Source of the DNA: an uncultured Planctomycetota bacterium
Lineage (GTDB): Bacteria; Planctomycetota; Planctomycetia; Isosphaerales; Isosphaeraceae
Direction: 5' to 3'
NCBI GenBank assembly: GCA_963737655.1
Contig: CAVTTN010000002.1
Location: 416,001-480,000, forward strand
DNA length: 64,000 nt
A program made the translations under genes and the position numbers. Positions 29,084 to 40,529 of the stretch are shown here, in pieces; within the stretch, counting starts at the first letter, position 1, and every line of letters starts with the position of its first letter. The notes under the pieces are model-generated. The model saw only the letters and a list, made by a program, of their open reading frames with translations, was not told the origin of the DNA and did not search any database.

Positions 29084-29449
29084 TCAAAGGTCGTCGATCT
29101 CGTCCAGCAATGTCCAGAATTCCGGGTTGATCCCCAGCCGGACGAGCCCCGGCATCGGCAGCGAGGGGACCGGCAGGTTCAACGGGTCGGCGACGCTCCC
29201 GAGGCCGCCCGACTGGCCGGGCCGGGTGGTGACGAAGTAGTAGGCCAGGCGGAAGTTCGTCCTTCGGGGGAGGTCGATCTTGCCGAAGCTGGGCAAGTCA
29301 TACGAGGAGAGTTCCAGGAAGAGCCCCGTCCCCGAGATGCCCAGGTTGAAGCTCACCTTGCGATGATGGGTCAAGGGGTCGCCCGAGGGCTTGCCGTCGC
29401 CCGCGCCCCCCACCATCGCGATCAGCAGGCATCCGATCCCGATCGTCAT
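29084..29449 (-). CDS. Small secreted hypothetical protein
   Basis: AAGGAGG RBS before MTIGIGCLLIAMVG. Confidence 0.55.
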   Translation of the reverse strand: MTIGIGCLLIAMVGGAGDGKPSGDPLTHHRKVSFNLGISGTGLFLELSSYDLPSFGKIDLPRRTNFRLAYYFVTTRPGQSGGLGSVADPLNLPVPSLPMPGLVRLGINPEFWTLLDEIDDL

Positions 29450-29535
29450 CGATCCTCCTTCCGAGAACGAGGAAGGGCCGACCGCCGAGTGGACGGCGAT
29501 CGGCCCGGTTCGAACGTCGAGGCGCGTCGGTCCGT

Positions 29536-32260
29536 TTACTTCTTGCCGTTCGGGCTCCCGACCGGCGCCTTCATCACCCGGACGGTGATCTCCATCATCC
29601 CCCCGCCGGCGATCGGCACCTTGAGGGTGACCGGCTCGTCCTTCATGGCGTGGATGGCGAGCTCGCTGTCGAACTGGCACGCCCCCTTGGGATTCATCAC
29701 GCGGAGGCCCAGGGCCCCGAGAGGGTTCTCGGCCTCGAGGTCGCGGTCGTCATCGTCCTCGTCGCACTCGTCGTCGCAGTCCTCGCAGCAGGCGGGGGCC
29801 TTCACCGCGGAGGCCGCGGCCTTCGCCTCGGGCTGGGGTTCGTCGGAGGCGAACGCGGCCGGGCCGATCAGGCGATCGTGGAAGAACTTCTCGACGAGCC
29901 GGGCGCGGGCCTCGCCCGATTCGGTGGTCTTCGGCGACACCGACGTCACGAAAATCGGTCCGCCGTCGAGGATCGTGACGGTCTTCTCCTCGACCAGGGC
30001 GATCGCGGAGCGATACCGGGCGAGGTAATCGGCCTTCTGGATGCTCGCGGTCGCGCGGCGGTCCACGGCGTCGAGATAGCGGTCGATCGAGACCCGGCCC
30101 TGCTCGTAGAACGCCTTCATGGCGTCGAGCCGTTGCGTGGCGGCGTCCTCCAGGCGGCATGCGGTTCGATACGACTGGTGGAGGGCGTTCGCCTCGCGGG
30201 CCATCCGGCCGGGGTCCGAGAGGCCCTCTTCACCCGTGAGGTCCAGGTCCCGGCCCGTCGCGGAGAGATCGGGCGGAACGGCCACCTTCGGGTCGGTGGT
30301 GGTCAGCAGCTTCGGCCTGGGGCCGGAGGGCGTCTTGCCCATCATCCGGGACATCCTCGCCTCGATGAGGTCCCGTTTGACGATGGCGGTCGCGAGATCC
30401 TGGCGGGCCCGTTCCAGATACTCGGCGGCCCGGGCCACGTCGGCGGGGTTGCCGCCGCCGTCCTGGCACTTCGCCGCCTCCTGAGCCACGATGCATTCGG
30501 TCGTCAGGACGGCCGCCTCGCGGGCCTGGCAATCGGCCTGGGCGGAGCTCGAGAGCCCAGTACTGGAGATGGACGACTCGGGCCAGGGCGCAGACATCCG
30601 CCGCGACGTCGGCGCCGGGGCGGGCGGCGGCGGGGATCGAGATCGTCGGCAGGTCCGGCCCGCACGGGTCGGCGGCGGGCTCCCTCTCCAACAGCTTCGA
30701 CGTCGAATGGAACGGCTTGATGGCGCAGCCCTGCCCCGCGACAAATGGGAGCTGGAAATCCGGCGAGAAGTCGCCGGGATTCGACCCCTTCATCCCTTCG
30801 GGAGATTTGATCCGTGGCGGCGCCGAGGGCATCGAAGAAACGCGGATCGGCAGGATCACCGGATCGACGCCCGCGGGCAGGTTCGCGATCGGCGACTCGT
30901 GGATCACCAGCTCCTCGCACTCAATTTGAGTGCCCTGACCCTTCGAGTTCTGGGAGACGATGACTTCGCCCCGGGCCGAGATCCTCATCGGGCGGATGGC
31001 CCCCGGGGCCTTCGCCAGGGAGTCGGGCTTCGCCGATGGCTTCGCCGGCTCGGGCGAGTTCGACGAGGGCGAGGGCTTCGTCTGGGGCGTCCCGCGAGGC
31101 TCGTCGGTGCCGTCGGTGGAGGCGGGCTCGGGGTCTTCGGGCAGCGGGGGCAATTCGACGACCTTGCCGTCGGCGTCGATCGGCGTGGGCAGGGCGCGGG
31201 TCGGCGGCAGGGCCATCGGCATCGGGGTTTCCGTCGCCGGGGACTTCGAGATCATCACGCCCAGACGAAGCGACCCGACCATCGGCGGGACGCCCGGGAC
31301 GAGCACGACGGCGATCCGATTCTGAGGCGCCGAGGGCTTTTCCTGGGCCTGAACGTCCTGCTTCGAGACCGGCGGGACCGTGGGCGAGGCCATCGAGAGC
31401 AGCGCCGATCGGCCGATCGGCGACGGCGGGGCAAACTTCGCCGGGGGGACCGGCGGGGGCGGGAGCGTCGGCGGCGGGATCAGGGCCGCCGCCGTCTTCG
31501 CCGCGTTCCGCGAGGCCGCGAACGAGGCCTTCATCATCTCCGAATCGGCCGAAGACGCCCTCGGCTCGATCACGGCGAGCCGCTCGCGGACGACGGCCCG
31601 GCCCCGCGAATCGCTCTCGGTGAACGCGCCGAAGCTGACGATGAACACCTGGCCCTCGGGCAGAGTCCACTCCCCCTTGACCTCGCGGCAAGCGACCTCG
31701 GGGACCTGCATTTGCGCGGTGAGGTTCGTGGGCTTGCCCTCGCCCCGGGGAACGACGGTCTCCGTGGTCCCGACGGTGTGGAACGCGACGAACCGGCAGT
31801 CGCGGAGGTCCAGGTCGAGGACGACCGACTTGCCCTCGGGCCGGGCGACGATCTCGGCCTGGAAGCCGTCGCGGACCTGGTCCACCTCGGGCTGGAACGC
31901 CAGGGCCGACGCCTCGTTCACCGGGCCGTCGGCGACGCGGTGGACGTCGGCGACATAGTTCCTCTGGGTGCCGTCGCTCACGCGGACGACCGTGCCGGGC
32001 ATGGCGTGGACCGTCGGCGCCAGGGTGGAGTGGCCGGCCGCCTTGACGATCTCGGCCACGGCCTTCGGATCGGCCGTCCACACCGAGCAATTCCCCTGGC
32101 GGGCGACGGTCGAGAGCTTCGCGTGGGCGGGCCCTCGCCAGTCCAGGCCCTTCATCTCGAGGAGGCGGATCTGGAAGTCCAGGGCGCCGGAATTCGGCCC
32201 GGTCGCCGGCGCATCGGCCCCGAGGGCAACCAGGGCGAGCAGACCCGTGGCGATCATCAT
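29536..32260 (-). CDS. Large secreted hypothetical protein (~900 aa); frameshift near 30550
   Basis: GGAGGAGG RBS; MMIATGLLALVALG signal; beta-rich N-domain, Pro-rich linker, helical C-region in ORF 29536..30744. Confidence 0.65.
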
Positions 32261-32308
32261 CAAATCAACCTCCTCCGTCCATGAAAGGCACACCGCCAAG
32301 CGGGCGGG

Positions 32309-32337
32309 ATCATACGGACGATCCCCCGGGGCGTCAA
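32309..32337 (-). promoter_or_regulatory. Sigma70-type promoter for the 32260 gene
   Basis: Minus strand TTGACG-17 bp-TATGAT. Confidence 0.6.
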
Positions 32338-32423
32338 CGCCGACCCCTCGGCCGACGAGGCGCCGATCTTGAGTCGAACTGGCCGGGTTCTTCCCGCCGC
32401 GTCCCCTCGTGTACAAACCTTCC

Positions 32424-32452
32424 TTGACGCCATCCCACCCCGATGCGAGAAT
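32424..32452 (+). promoter_or_regulatory. Putative promoter for the nuclease/ATPase operon
   Basis: TTGACG-17 bp-(TGC)GAGAAT. Confidence 0.4.
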
Positions 32453-32490
32453 CGGCCTGGATCCGGGCCGAAATCCCTTCGGGAGGGCCG

Positions 32491-33648
32491 ATGCCGCCCC
32501 GTCCTCTTCGCTTCGTTCAGACCGGAGACTGGCACCTTGGCCAATCGTACGGGGCGATCCCCGACCCGTCGCTGGCCGATCGGCTGCGAGAGGCGAGGCT
32601 CTCGGCCGTGGCTCGCGTCCTGGCCGAGGCGAGGCGCCTGGGCGCGGCGTTCGTCCTGGCGGCCGGCGACCAGTTCGACACGATCTCGCCCGATCCCCGA
32701 TGGGTCTCCGGGATGTTCGACGCCGTGGCCTCGGCCCCCGAGGTCGTCGTCCACATGATCCCCGGCAATCACGACCCGCTGATGCCGGGCTCGGTCTACG
32801 CTCGCGCCGAGTTCCGCCGGGCGCCCGCGAATCTGGTCCTGCATCGCGAGCCGGTCCCGGTCGCTCTGGAGGCGTTCGGCGCGACCCTCTTCCCGTGCCC
32901 CTGCTTCGATCGCGCCGGGCCGGACCCGACGAGGTGGATTCCCCCGCGAGCCGAGTCCGACGGCCTGCGGATCGGCCTGGCCCACGGCTCCCTGCCGAAC
33001 TTCGGCGACGCCGACAACCGGAATTATCCGATCCCGGACGACGCCCCGAGCCGTCACGACCTCGATTACCTCGCCCTGGGCGACTGGCACACCGCCAACC
33101 CCGACCCCCGCGACTGGCCCGACGAGCGGATGTACTACGCCGGGGCGCCCGAGGTCGGCGGCTGGGACGAGACCGGCGCCGGCTCGGCCCTGCTGGTCGA
33201 GCTGGCCGACGCGGCGAGGCCGAGGGTCGTGCCTCTGGCCGTGGGCGAGTTCTCGTGGCTCGAAGTCCGCAAGGAGCTTCACGGCGAGGACGACGTGGCG
33301 GCGTTGACGGCCGATCTGGCGAGGATCGCCGGCCCCCGGTCGCTGGCGAGGGTCCGGGCCTCCGGCGCGTTGACCGCCGAGCTTCGAGGGCGGCTGGACG
33401 GCCTCCTGGAGGCGCTCCGACCCCAGTTCGCGGCCCTGGTGGCGAAGCTGGACGACCTGCGATTGGCCGTCGAGGACGACGCACCGACGGTCTCCGACCC
33501 GTTGATCCGCTCGGTCTTCGAGCGCCTCGCCCGGCTTTCCGCCGACCCTCTCGACGGCCTGCCCGCCTCGCTGCCGACGAGCGTCCCCGCGCCGGACCGC
33601 GACTCGATCGGCCGGGCCCGCGCCCTGTTCCGCGACCTCTTGCCCTGA
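32491..33648 (+). CDS. Mre11/SbcD/YhaO-like metallophosphoesterase DNA exonuclease
   Basis: GDWHLG, AGDQFD, PGNHD, AHGS, YLALGDWH, Y.G.PE motifs. Confidence 0.92.
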   Translation: MPPRPLRFVQTGDWHLGQSYGAIPDPSLADRLREARLSAVARVLAEARRLGAAFVLAAGDQFDTISPDPRWVSGMFDAVASAPEVVVHMIPGNHDPLMPGSVYARAEFRRAPANLVLHREPVPVALEAFGATLFPCPCFDRAGPDPTRWIPPRAESDGLRIGLAHGSLPNFGDADNRNYPIPDDAPSRHDLDYLALGDWHTANPDPRDWPDERMYYAGAPEVGGWDETGAGSALLVELADAARPRVVPLAVGEFSWLEVRKELHGEDDVAALTADLARIAGPRSLARVRASGALTAELRGRLDGLLEALRPQFAALVAKLDDLRLAVEDDAPTVSDPLIRSVFERLARLSADPLDGLPASLPTSVPAPDRDSIGRARALFRDLLP

Positions 33649-33658
33649 GGGGACGTCG

Positions 33659-36600
33659 ATGCACCTCCGGCGGATCGGCCTGGAGCAATGGGCCTGCCAC
33701 GAGTCCCTGGATGTCGAGTTCGGCGAGGGCGTGAACGTCTGCGTCGGCCCCAACGGCGCGGGCAAGTCCACGCTCTACCGGGCGATCCTCACGGCGCTCA
33801 CCGTCCGTCACAACTCGAAAGATCAATCGGTGATCGCCGGCGTCCACCCCTGGGGCACGGAGGGGGCCAGCCCTTCGGCGACCCTGGAGATCTCGCGGAT
33901 CGACGGCGATTGGACGCTCTCAAAAACGTACTTTCACAAGAAATCGTGCTCGCTCGAACACAAAACCCTCGGCGTGTTCCGCAACGCGGCCGGGGAGGAC
34001 CGGCTCCAGGAGTGGATCACGTCCGACGGCGCCTCGGGCCGGCTCTTGCTGTCGATGTGGAGCGCCCAGGATGACCCGACGGCCCTGGGCGATGGCGCCG
34101 GAGGGCGGGCCCGCCAGGCGAACGCGACGATCCTCGACGCGGTCTTCGATCGGATCGGCCGCCCTCAGGCGTCGGATTTGTTCGCCCGGGTCAAGCAGGA
34201 CGTGATCCGGAAATACTCCGAATCCTTCACGCCGAAGAACGCCGCGATCGTCCGCAATTCGCCGCTCGACCGCGCCCGGACCGAGCTTCAGAATGCTCGC
34301 GAGGCCCTGGCGGCCATCGAGGCCGAGCGGCGCGACCTCGAAGATAAGATCGCCGAGTTCCTCCGCCTGGAACGGCAGCTCGCCGAGGAGGGCCTCGCCC
34401 GGGACGACCTCCGCCGCCGCAAGGAGGAGCGCGAGCTCGCCGCGAAATCGCATGAAAAGGCGATGATCGTCTGGAGGGAGGCCGCCCGACGCGCCGAGGC
34501 CCTGAAGGCGACCAGAGACCGCCTCCGGACCGATCGCGACCGCCTGGACGCCGCCGAGAGGCGGCTCGCCGAGGCCGAGGCGGCATGGAAAACGCTCCAG
34601 GAGCGCGAGCCGGAGGTCGAGGGGGCCGCCGCCTCCGCTCGGCTCAAGCTGGAGGCCCTCGACGCGACGAAACGCCGCGCCGATGACGTTTTCGAGGCGA
34701 TGGATCGCCCGTTGAAGAACCTCCGGGAACTCAATGACCAGGCCGAACGGATCGACGCGGCCGAGCAGACTTTCCAGGCCCAGCGAGCCGCCGCGAAGGT
34801 CGCCAGGGAGTTGAGGGATCGGCGGCTCGCCGATTGGGAAGATGCGAAGTCGCGGAGGCTCCAGGCCGAATCCCGGGCCGAATCGTCGCGGAGGGCCGAG
34901 CTCCGGGCCCTCCGGGAGGCCGCCCAATCGCGATGGGCGCTCGCCGACGCCGCCCTCCGCGACGCCGAGGCTCGATCGCGGGCCGTCCGCCGGAAAGCCC
35001 TGCGAGACATCATCGAGAACGTCCGCCGGCTCGAAGCGAAAAAGGACGCCATCGCCCCGCCCGACGGCCCCGTCCCCTCGAGAGACGAACTCGAGGCCAT
35101 CCGCCGCGACGAGGCCGAGATCCGCGTCCTCGAAGCGGAGATCGCCACGGACTCGCTGACGGTCCAGTTCGACGCCGAGGGTCCGATCTCGGTCCTCGTC
35201 GCGATCGACGGCGGCGACGAGGTTCAACGAGCCGTCGAGCCGGGCGGCCCTTGCATCGAACGGGGCGCCGCCCGCCTCCTCTTGACGATTCCCGGAGTGG
35301 GCCGGATCGCGATCGGACGAACGGCGAACGAGCCGGCCGAACGGCTCCTCCGCAAGGACGAGGCGGCCCGGGCGCTCGCCGATCGGTTCGAGCGATGGAA
35401 CGCGCCGTCGTCGGCCGCCCTGATCGCCAGGAAGGACCGCGAAGAATCGAGGGCGGCGCTGGCCCTGGAAATCCGGGCCAGCCTGGGCGACGGGACCCTT
35501 GCCGAGATCGAGGCCGAGGCGGCCGAAATCGACTCCTGGTTCGCCTCCGAGGGGATTCGGCCGCCGGACCCCGGGCCGGGCTCCTCTCGAATCGAGCGGG
35601 CCGCCCTGAAAAAAGCGGCCGACGAGGCCCTCCGCGATCGCGATCTGGCCGTCTCGCGATGCGAAGGGGACCCCGAGGAAGGCCCGGCGGCGACGATCCC
35701 CCGGGACGAGGCGGATCGGATCGCCGCCGAGGCCCTGAGGGCGGAAAAGAGGGCCGAAGCGCTCCGGGACGAGGCCGAACGGGCGTGGGTCCGCGCCGAG
35801 GCGGAGGCCGAGAGCGCCTCGAAGGCCCGGCTCGACGCTCAGATCGAGCTCGACCACCTCTCGGGAGGCGATCCTCACGAGCATTCCGCTCGCCTCCGTT
35901 CCGAGCTCGAAGGCTTCCGGGCGGAGCTCGTCGCCCTGGGCTTCGAGATGGCCTCGGCCGACCGCAACGCCGCGGTCCGGATCCGCAAGAAGATCGCCGA
36001 CCGCCTGGCCCTCGAAAGGCGCGAATCCGTCGAGGCCGAGACGGCCCTGGGCGAGCTTCGAGGCGCCCTGGCCCGCGAGGAGACGGCGGTCCGGGAGCGT
36101 CGGCTCGCCCTCGATCGGCTCCGGGCCGAGACCGGCGACCTCGGCGACCCCGAGGCGCGGGCCTCGGCCGTGGAGGAGGCCGAGTCGGCGTTCCAGTACG
36201 CCGAGGCCGCGGCGAGACTCCGATTCGAGGAGCTCCCGCCCGACCCGTCGGCCCTCGACGATGACCTCGCCGCCCTCTTCGAGTCGAGCCGGCGCGCCTG
36301 CCATGACCTGGAAAAGACGCTCTACGGACTTGGCCAGGTGCTCGAAGAACTCGGAGGCCGAGGGATCGGCTCGAAAGAAGCAGAAGCCCGCGAACGGCTG
36401 GCGAGGGCCGAGGATCAGGAGAAGGCGCTCGCCCGGGACGCCACCGCCTGGGCCCTGCTCTCGCACCTGCTCGAAACGGCCGAGGCCGAACAGGCCCGAG
36501 GGGTGGCGCAGAGGCTTCGATCCCTGACCGATTCGCTGGTCGGCCGGCTCACCGACCGGCAGGTCGCCGAGGTCCTCCCCGACGAGCAGACCCTCTGGCC

Positions 36601-36958
36601 CAGCCGGGCGAGGTCGGCCTCCTCCGGGCCCCTGGCGGAGCTCGAACGCTTCTCCCGAGGGACCCGCGAGCAGGTCGCGCTCGCCTATCGCCTCCAGGTC
36701 GGCCTGCTGCTCGCCCAGGAAGCCCGGCACATGCTCCTCCTGGATGACCCGCTCGCCCACACCGACGCCGACCGCCATCGCGAGGCCCTCGCCGTCCTCG
36801 CCGAGATCGGCCGGGACGTGCAGCTGATCCTCTTCACCTGCCACCGCGACCGCTACGCCCCTCTCTGGGAGCGAGGCGACGCCCGGTGCATCGATCTGGG
36901 GGGACCCGGCGTCCCGGGGAAACCGGCGTCCGATCCATTCTTGGCGGCGAATGATTGA
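33659..36958 (+). CDS. Rad50/SbcC/YhaN-like coiled-coil ABC ATPase
   Basis: Walker A GPNGAGKST, long coiled coil, signature FSRGTREQ, Walker B LLLDDP, LFTCH. Confidence 0.9.
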   Translation: MHLRRIGLEQWACHESLDVEFGEGVNVCVGPNGAGKSTLYRAILTALTVRHNSKDQSVIAGVHPWGTEGASPSATLEISRIDGDWTLSKTYFHKKSCSLEHKTLGVFRNAAGEDRLQEWITSDGASGRLLLSMWSAQDDPTALGDGAGGRARQANATILDAVFDRIGRPQASDLFARVKQDVIRKYSESFTPKNAAIVRNSPLDRARTELQNAREALAAIEAERRDLEDKIAEFLRLERQLAEEGLARDDLRRRKEERELAAKSHEKAMIVWREAARRAEALKATRDRLRTDRDRLDAAERRLAEAEAAWKTLQEREPEVEGAAASARLKLEALDATKRRADDVFEAMDRPLKNLRELNDQAERIDAAEQTFQAQRAAAKVARELRDRRLADWEDAKSRRLQAESRAESSRRAELRALREAAQSRWALADAALRDAEARSRAVRRKALRDIIENVRRLEAKKDAIAPPDGPVPSRDELEAIRRDEAEIRVLEAEIATDSLTVQFDAEGPISVLVAIDGGDEVQRAVEPGGPCIERGAARLLLTIPGVGRIAIGRTANEPAERLLRKDEAARALADRFERWNAPSSAALIARKDREESRAALALEIRASLGDGTLAEIEAEAAEIDSWFASEGIRPPDPGPGSSRIERAALKKAADEALRDRDLAVSRCEGDPEEGPAATIPRDEADRIAAEALRAEKRAEALRDEAERAWVRAEAEAESASKARLDAQIELDHLSGGDPHEHSARLRSELEGFRAELVALGFEMASADRNAAVRIRKKIADRLALERRESVEAETALGELRGALAREETAVRERRLALDRLRAETGDLGDPEARASAVEEAESAFQYAEAAARLRFEELPPDPSALDDDLAALFESSRRACHDLEKTLYGLGQVLEELGGRGIGSKEAEARERLARAEDQEKALARDATAWALLSHLLETAEAEQARGVAQRLRSLTDSLVGRLTDRQVAEVLPDEQTLWPSRARSASSGPLAELERFSRGTREQVALAYRLQVGLLLAQEARHMLLLDDPLAHTDADRHREALAVLAEIGRDVQLILFTCHRDRYAPLWERGDARCIDLGGPGVPGKPASDPFLAAND

Positions 36959-37066
36959 TCGGACACTCGTTTCTCCCACCTCGGGCCGACTGGCATCGCG
37001 GCCGGCCGAGGCCCTACAATGCGAGTCTCCTGGAACCCCGATCCGCCCCAGACCGGAGACGACGCC

Positions 37067-37390
37067 ATGCCCTCGCCCGACGCCCTGTACGAAGAGGCCG
37101 TGACCCTCCGCGAGGCCGGACATCGGCCCGAGGCGATCGCGAAGCTGGAGGAGGCCGTGACGGCCGACCCGTCGTTCACGATCGGCCACGGGATGCTCGC
37201 CAAGCTGTATGCGGACGTCGCCGAGACCGAGAAGGCGATCCTCCACGCCCGGAAGGTCGTGGAGCTGGAGCCCGACGACACCTTCAGCTACACGGCGCTG
37301 TCGGTGATCTACCAGCGATGCGGCAAGATCCCGGAGGCCGAGGAGGCCAAGGCGAAGGCGTATTACAAGCAGCACGGGATGGACGGATGA
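37067..37390 (+). CDS. Small TPR protein
   Basis: TPR pattern; GGAGA RBS. Confidence 0.8.
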   Translation: MPSPDALYEEAVTLREAGHRPEAIAKLEEAVTADPSFTIGHGMLAKLYADVAETEKAILHARKVVELEPDDTFSYTALSVIYQRCGKIPEAEEAKAKAYYKQHGMDG

Positions 37391-37499
37391 GAATCCGTCG
37401 CGAGGGCGGGCGTCCGGTGGATTCATGCGTCCGGAGAGGGTATCCTGGAGGCGCCGGGCAAGGCATCGGCCCGGCCTCGCCACTCCCGGAGCCCTCGCC

Positions 37500-38627
37500 A
37501 TGACCCGCGCCTTCCGAATGCTCGCAGCGACGACGCTGGCCCTCCTCCTCTCCGCGGCGACCGCCCCGGCCCAGTACGCCTACCCGGCCGGCTATGGCGG
37601 CTACGGCTGGGGCGGCTGGGGGGGCGGACACACGGCTCAGGGGGACATCGCCCGAGGGATGGGCGCCTTCGCCGCCGGGGCCGGCGTGTACAACGCCAAC
37701 ACCGCCGCCGCCCGCAACATGAACGCCCAGACCGCCCTGATGTGGAACCAGTACTGGTACGAGGCCCAGCAGGAATCCAACCGCAAGTACATCGCCAAGA
37801 TGGCCGCCGAGAAGGCCGAGAACCTCCAGGCCCGCAAGGACATCTACAATCGCCTCCGCGACAATCCCAACGCCGTGGACATCAACCGCGGCGACGCCCT
37901 GAACGTGATCCTCGACGAACTGAACAACCCCAAGGTCTACGTCCGGGGCCTGAAGTCCGCCTCGATCAAGTTCCCCGGCGACCTGATCCGCCAGATCCCC
38001 TTCAACTACGCCTCGGGCGCCGTGACCGCCACCGTCCACAGCCTGACCACCAAGGGATCGGCCCCGGCGATCCTCAAGACCGAGCCGTACCGCCCCGACA
38101 TGGAGAAGCTCCGGGCCATCGGCGCCAAGATCCGCGAGCAGGACGAGAAGGGCGGCAAGATCGATTCCGACACCCTGGAGCAGGCCCGGACCGTCCTCGC
38201 GGCGCTGAGGACCAAGGTCGAGGCGAACCTCGCCCCAGGCACCCGCGAGCGCAACGACGCGGAGCGGTTCATCAAGGCGTGCATCGGCCTGTCGAAGATG
38301 CTGGAGACCCCGGCCATCAACGTCCTGCTCTCGGGCGTCGAGAACCACCCCGAGACGACCGTCGGCGACTTGCTGGCCTTCATGAAGGCGTTCAACCTCC
38401 GCTTCGGCGTCGCCGACCAGCCCGCGCAGCGGGCCGCCTACAACGAGCTCTACCCGCTCCTGGCCAAGCTCAGCGACGAGGCGTTCCCCGACCAGAAGCC
38501 GATCGGCCCCGTCGACGAGCAGGCGCTGGACCCGAGCCGCACCACCGACTTCTTCAACGGGATGGAGATGAAGGAAGTCGCCAAGAAGACCACCCCTCCG
38601 CCGCCCCCTCCGGCCGGCCGCCCGTGA
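37500..38627 (+). CDS. Secreted hypothetical protein
   Basis: Signal peptide ending APA-Q; Gly/Tyr/Trp-rich N-terminus; strong codon bias. Confidence 0.8.
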   Translation: MTRAFRMLAATTLALLLSAATAPAQYAYPAGYGGYGWGGWGGGHTAQGDIARGMGAFAAGAGVYNANTAAARNMNAQTALMWNQYWYEAQQESNRKYIAKMAAEKAENLQARKDIYNRLRDNPNAVDINRGDALNVILDELNNPKVYVRGLKSASIKFPGDLIRQIPFNYASGAVTATVHSLTTKGSAPAILKTEPYRPDMEKLRAIGAKIREQDEKGGKIDSDTLEQARTVLAALRTKVEANLAPGTRERNDAERFIKACIGLSKMLETPAINVLLSGVENHPETTVGDLLAFMKAFNLRFGVADQPAQRAAYNELYPLLAKLSDEAFPDQKPIGPVDEQALDPSRTTDFFNGMEMKEVAKKTTPPPPPPAGRP

Positions 38628-38728
38628 TCGACGGATCGGCCGGTTTCCCCGAAGGGGCCGCGCCCAGTCGGCTCGGCCCCTCTCGCCGCCTCTCGAATTG
38701 ACCCGCCACCGACGCCCCGGAGCCGTCC

Positions 38729-40431
38729 ATGACCCGGCCCTTCCTCGCGATCGCCGCCCTGGCCCTCCTCGCCTCGCCGGCCCCGGCCGACGGCCCGAGG
38801 CCCGGCGAGGACCTCCTCCGCCTCTATGAGCACTTCCACACCCACCCCGAGCTCTCGTTCAAGGAAGTGAACACGGCGAAGACCGTGGCCGACGAGCTCA
38901 AGGCGGCCGGGGCCGAGGTCACACCGGGCGTGGGCAAGCTCGGCGTGGTCGGCGTGATGAAGAACGGCCCGGGGCCGACCGTCCTCGTCCGCTCGGACCT
39001 CGACGCCCTCCCCGTGACCGAGGCGACCGGCCTCCCCTACGCCAGCAAGGCCACGACGAAGGACGACGAGGGGAACACCGTCGGCGTGATGCACGCCTGC
39101 GGCCACGACGTCCACATGACCTGCCTCGTCGGCACCGCCCGATGGCTCTCGGCCCACAAGGACGGGTGGTCGGGCACCGTCATCTTCATCGGCCAGCCCG
39201 CCGAGGAGAAGGTCGGGGCGCGAAGGAAATGCTCGCCGACGGCCTCTACACGAGGTTCCCGAAGCCCGATTTCGCCCTGGCGCTGCACGTCGCCCACGAC
39301 CTGGAGGCCGGCAAGCTCGCCTATTGCTCCGGCCCGGCGATGGCGAGCTCGACCTCGGTGGACGTGATCGTCCGGGGGAAGGGGGGGCACGGGGCGATGC
39401 CCCACAACACCGTCGATCCGATCGTCCTCGCCTCGTTCCTCGTCCTGGACCTCCAGACGATCGTCAGCCGGGAGATCAAGCCGATCGACCCGGCGGTGGT
39501 GACCGTCGGCTCGATCCACGGCGGGACCAAGCACAACATCATCCCGTCCGACGTCCACCTCCAGCTCACCTTGCGGGCCTTCAAGGACGAGGTCCGCGAC
39601 CAGCTCATCGAAGGGATCAAGAGACGAGCCAACGGCCTGGCCGCCGCCCATCGGGCCCCGGCGATGACCGTCGAGATCAGCGACGGCACCCCGCCGACGA
39701 TCAACACGCCGTCCCTGGTGCAGAAGGTCGTCCCGTTCCTGAAAGGGGCGGTCGGGGCGGCGAACGTCGAGGAAGTCGAGCCGACGATGGGCGCGGAGGA
39801 CTTCGGCCTCTTCGGCCAGGGAGGAGTCCCGACCTTCATGTTCCGCCTCGGCACGATCCCGCCCGAGAAGGTCGCCGAGGCCCGGGCGAAGGACGAGACG
39901 CTCCCCTCCCTGCACTCCTCCTTCTATTTCCCCGACCCCAAGCCCAGCATCGAGACGGGCGTCCGGGCGATGACGGCGGCCGTCGTCGGGTTGCTTCCGC
40001 CTCCGGGGAAGGCGAGCGATCGCCGCGCCCCGATCGACGATCTCCGGCCAACCGACCTCTTGACCTCGACCGGGACCCGGACCTTCTTCAACACCCGGAT
40101 GTCGATCAGCCTGGTGGAAAACCGGGGCAAGATCGAATGCCGAATCCGCCGTTACCGCCCGGCCGGGATGGAAGGATACGTGGAAGCGGGGCCGATTCGG
40201 CCCCTCTTCGATGCCGATTCCCGCTGGTTCGTCTATCCCCAGGCCGACGACCAGGTGTGGACCTTCGACGGTCGCGACCATCTCATCTCGACCGTCTTCG
40301 GCCGGGATCACCCGGATAACGTCATGTGGAATCAGGTCGGGCCCGACGATCCGGACAATGGCCGGACGTTGCCCGAGAAGTTCAAGAATCGGCTCCCGAA
40401 GGAATTTGTGGAGAGCTTTCAAAAAAAGTAA
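38729..40431 (+). CDS. M20D amidohydrolase (hippurate hydrolase-like), secreted, with C-terminal extension; frameshift near 39215
   Basis: HPELSFKE, RSDLDALP, MHACGHD, GQPAEE, GKGGHG, MGAEDF, LHS motifs across two frames. Confidence 0.9.
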
Positions 40432-40529
40432 CCGCCGTCATCGCCATGATCGTTGACCCTCGTTCCCCGACGGAGCGGGGGAACGAGCTGGGTTTCGATC
40501 GCTCGTCAGGCGGCGGGGGAGGCAGTCAG

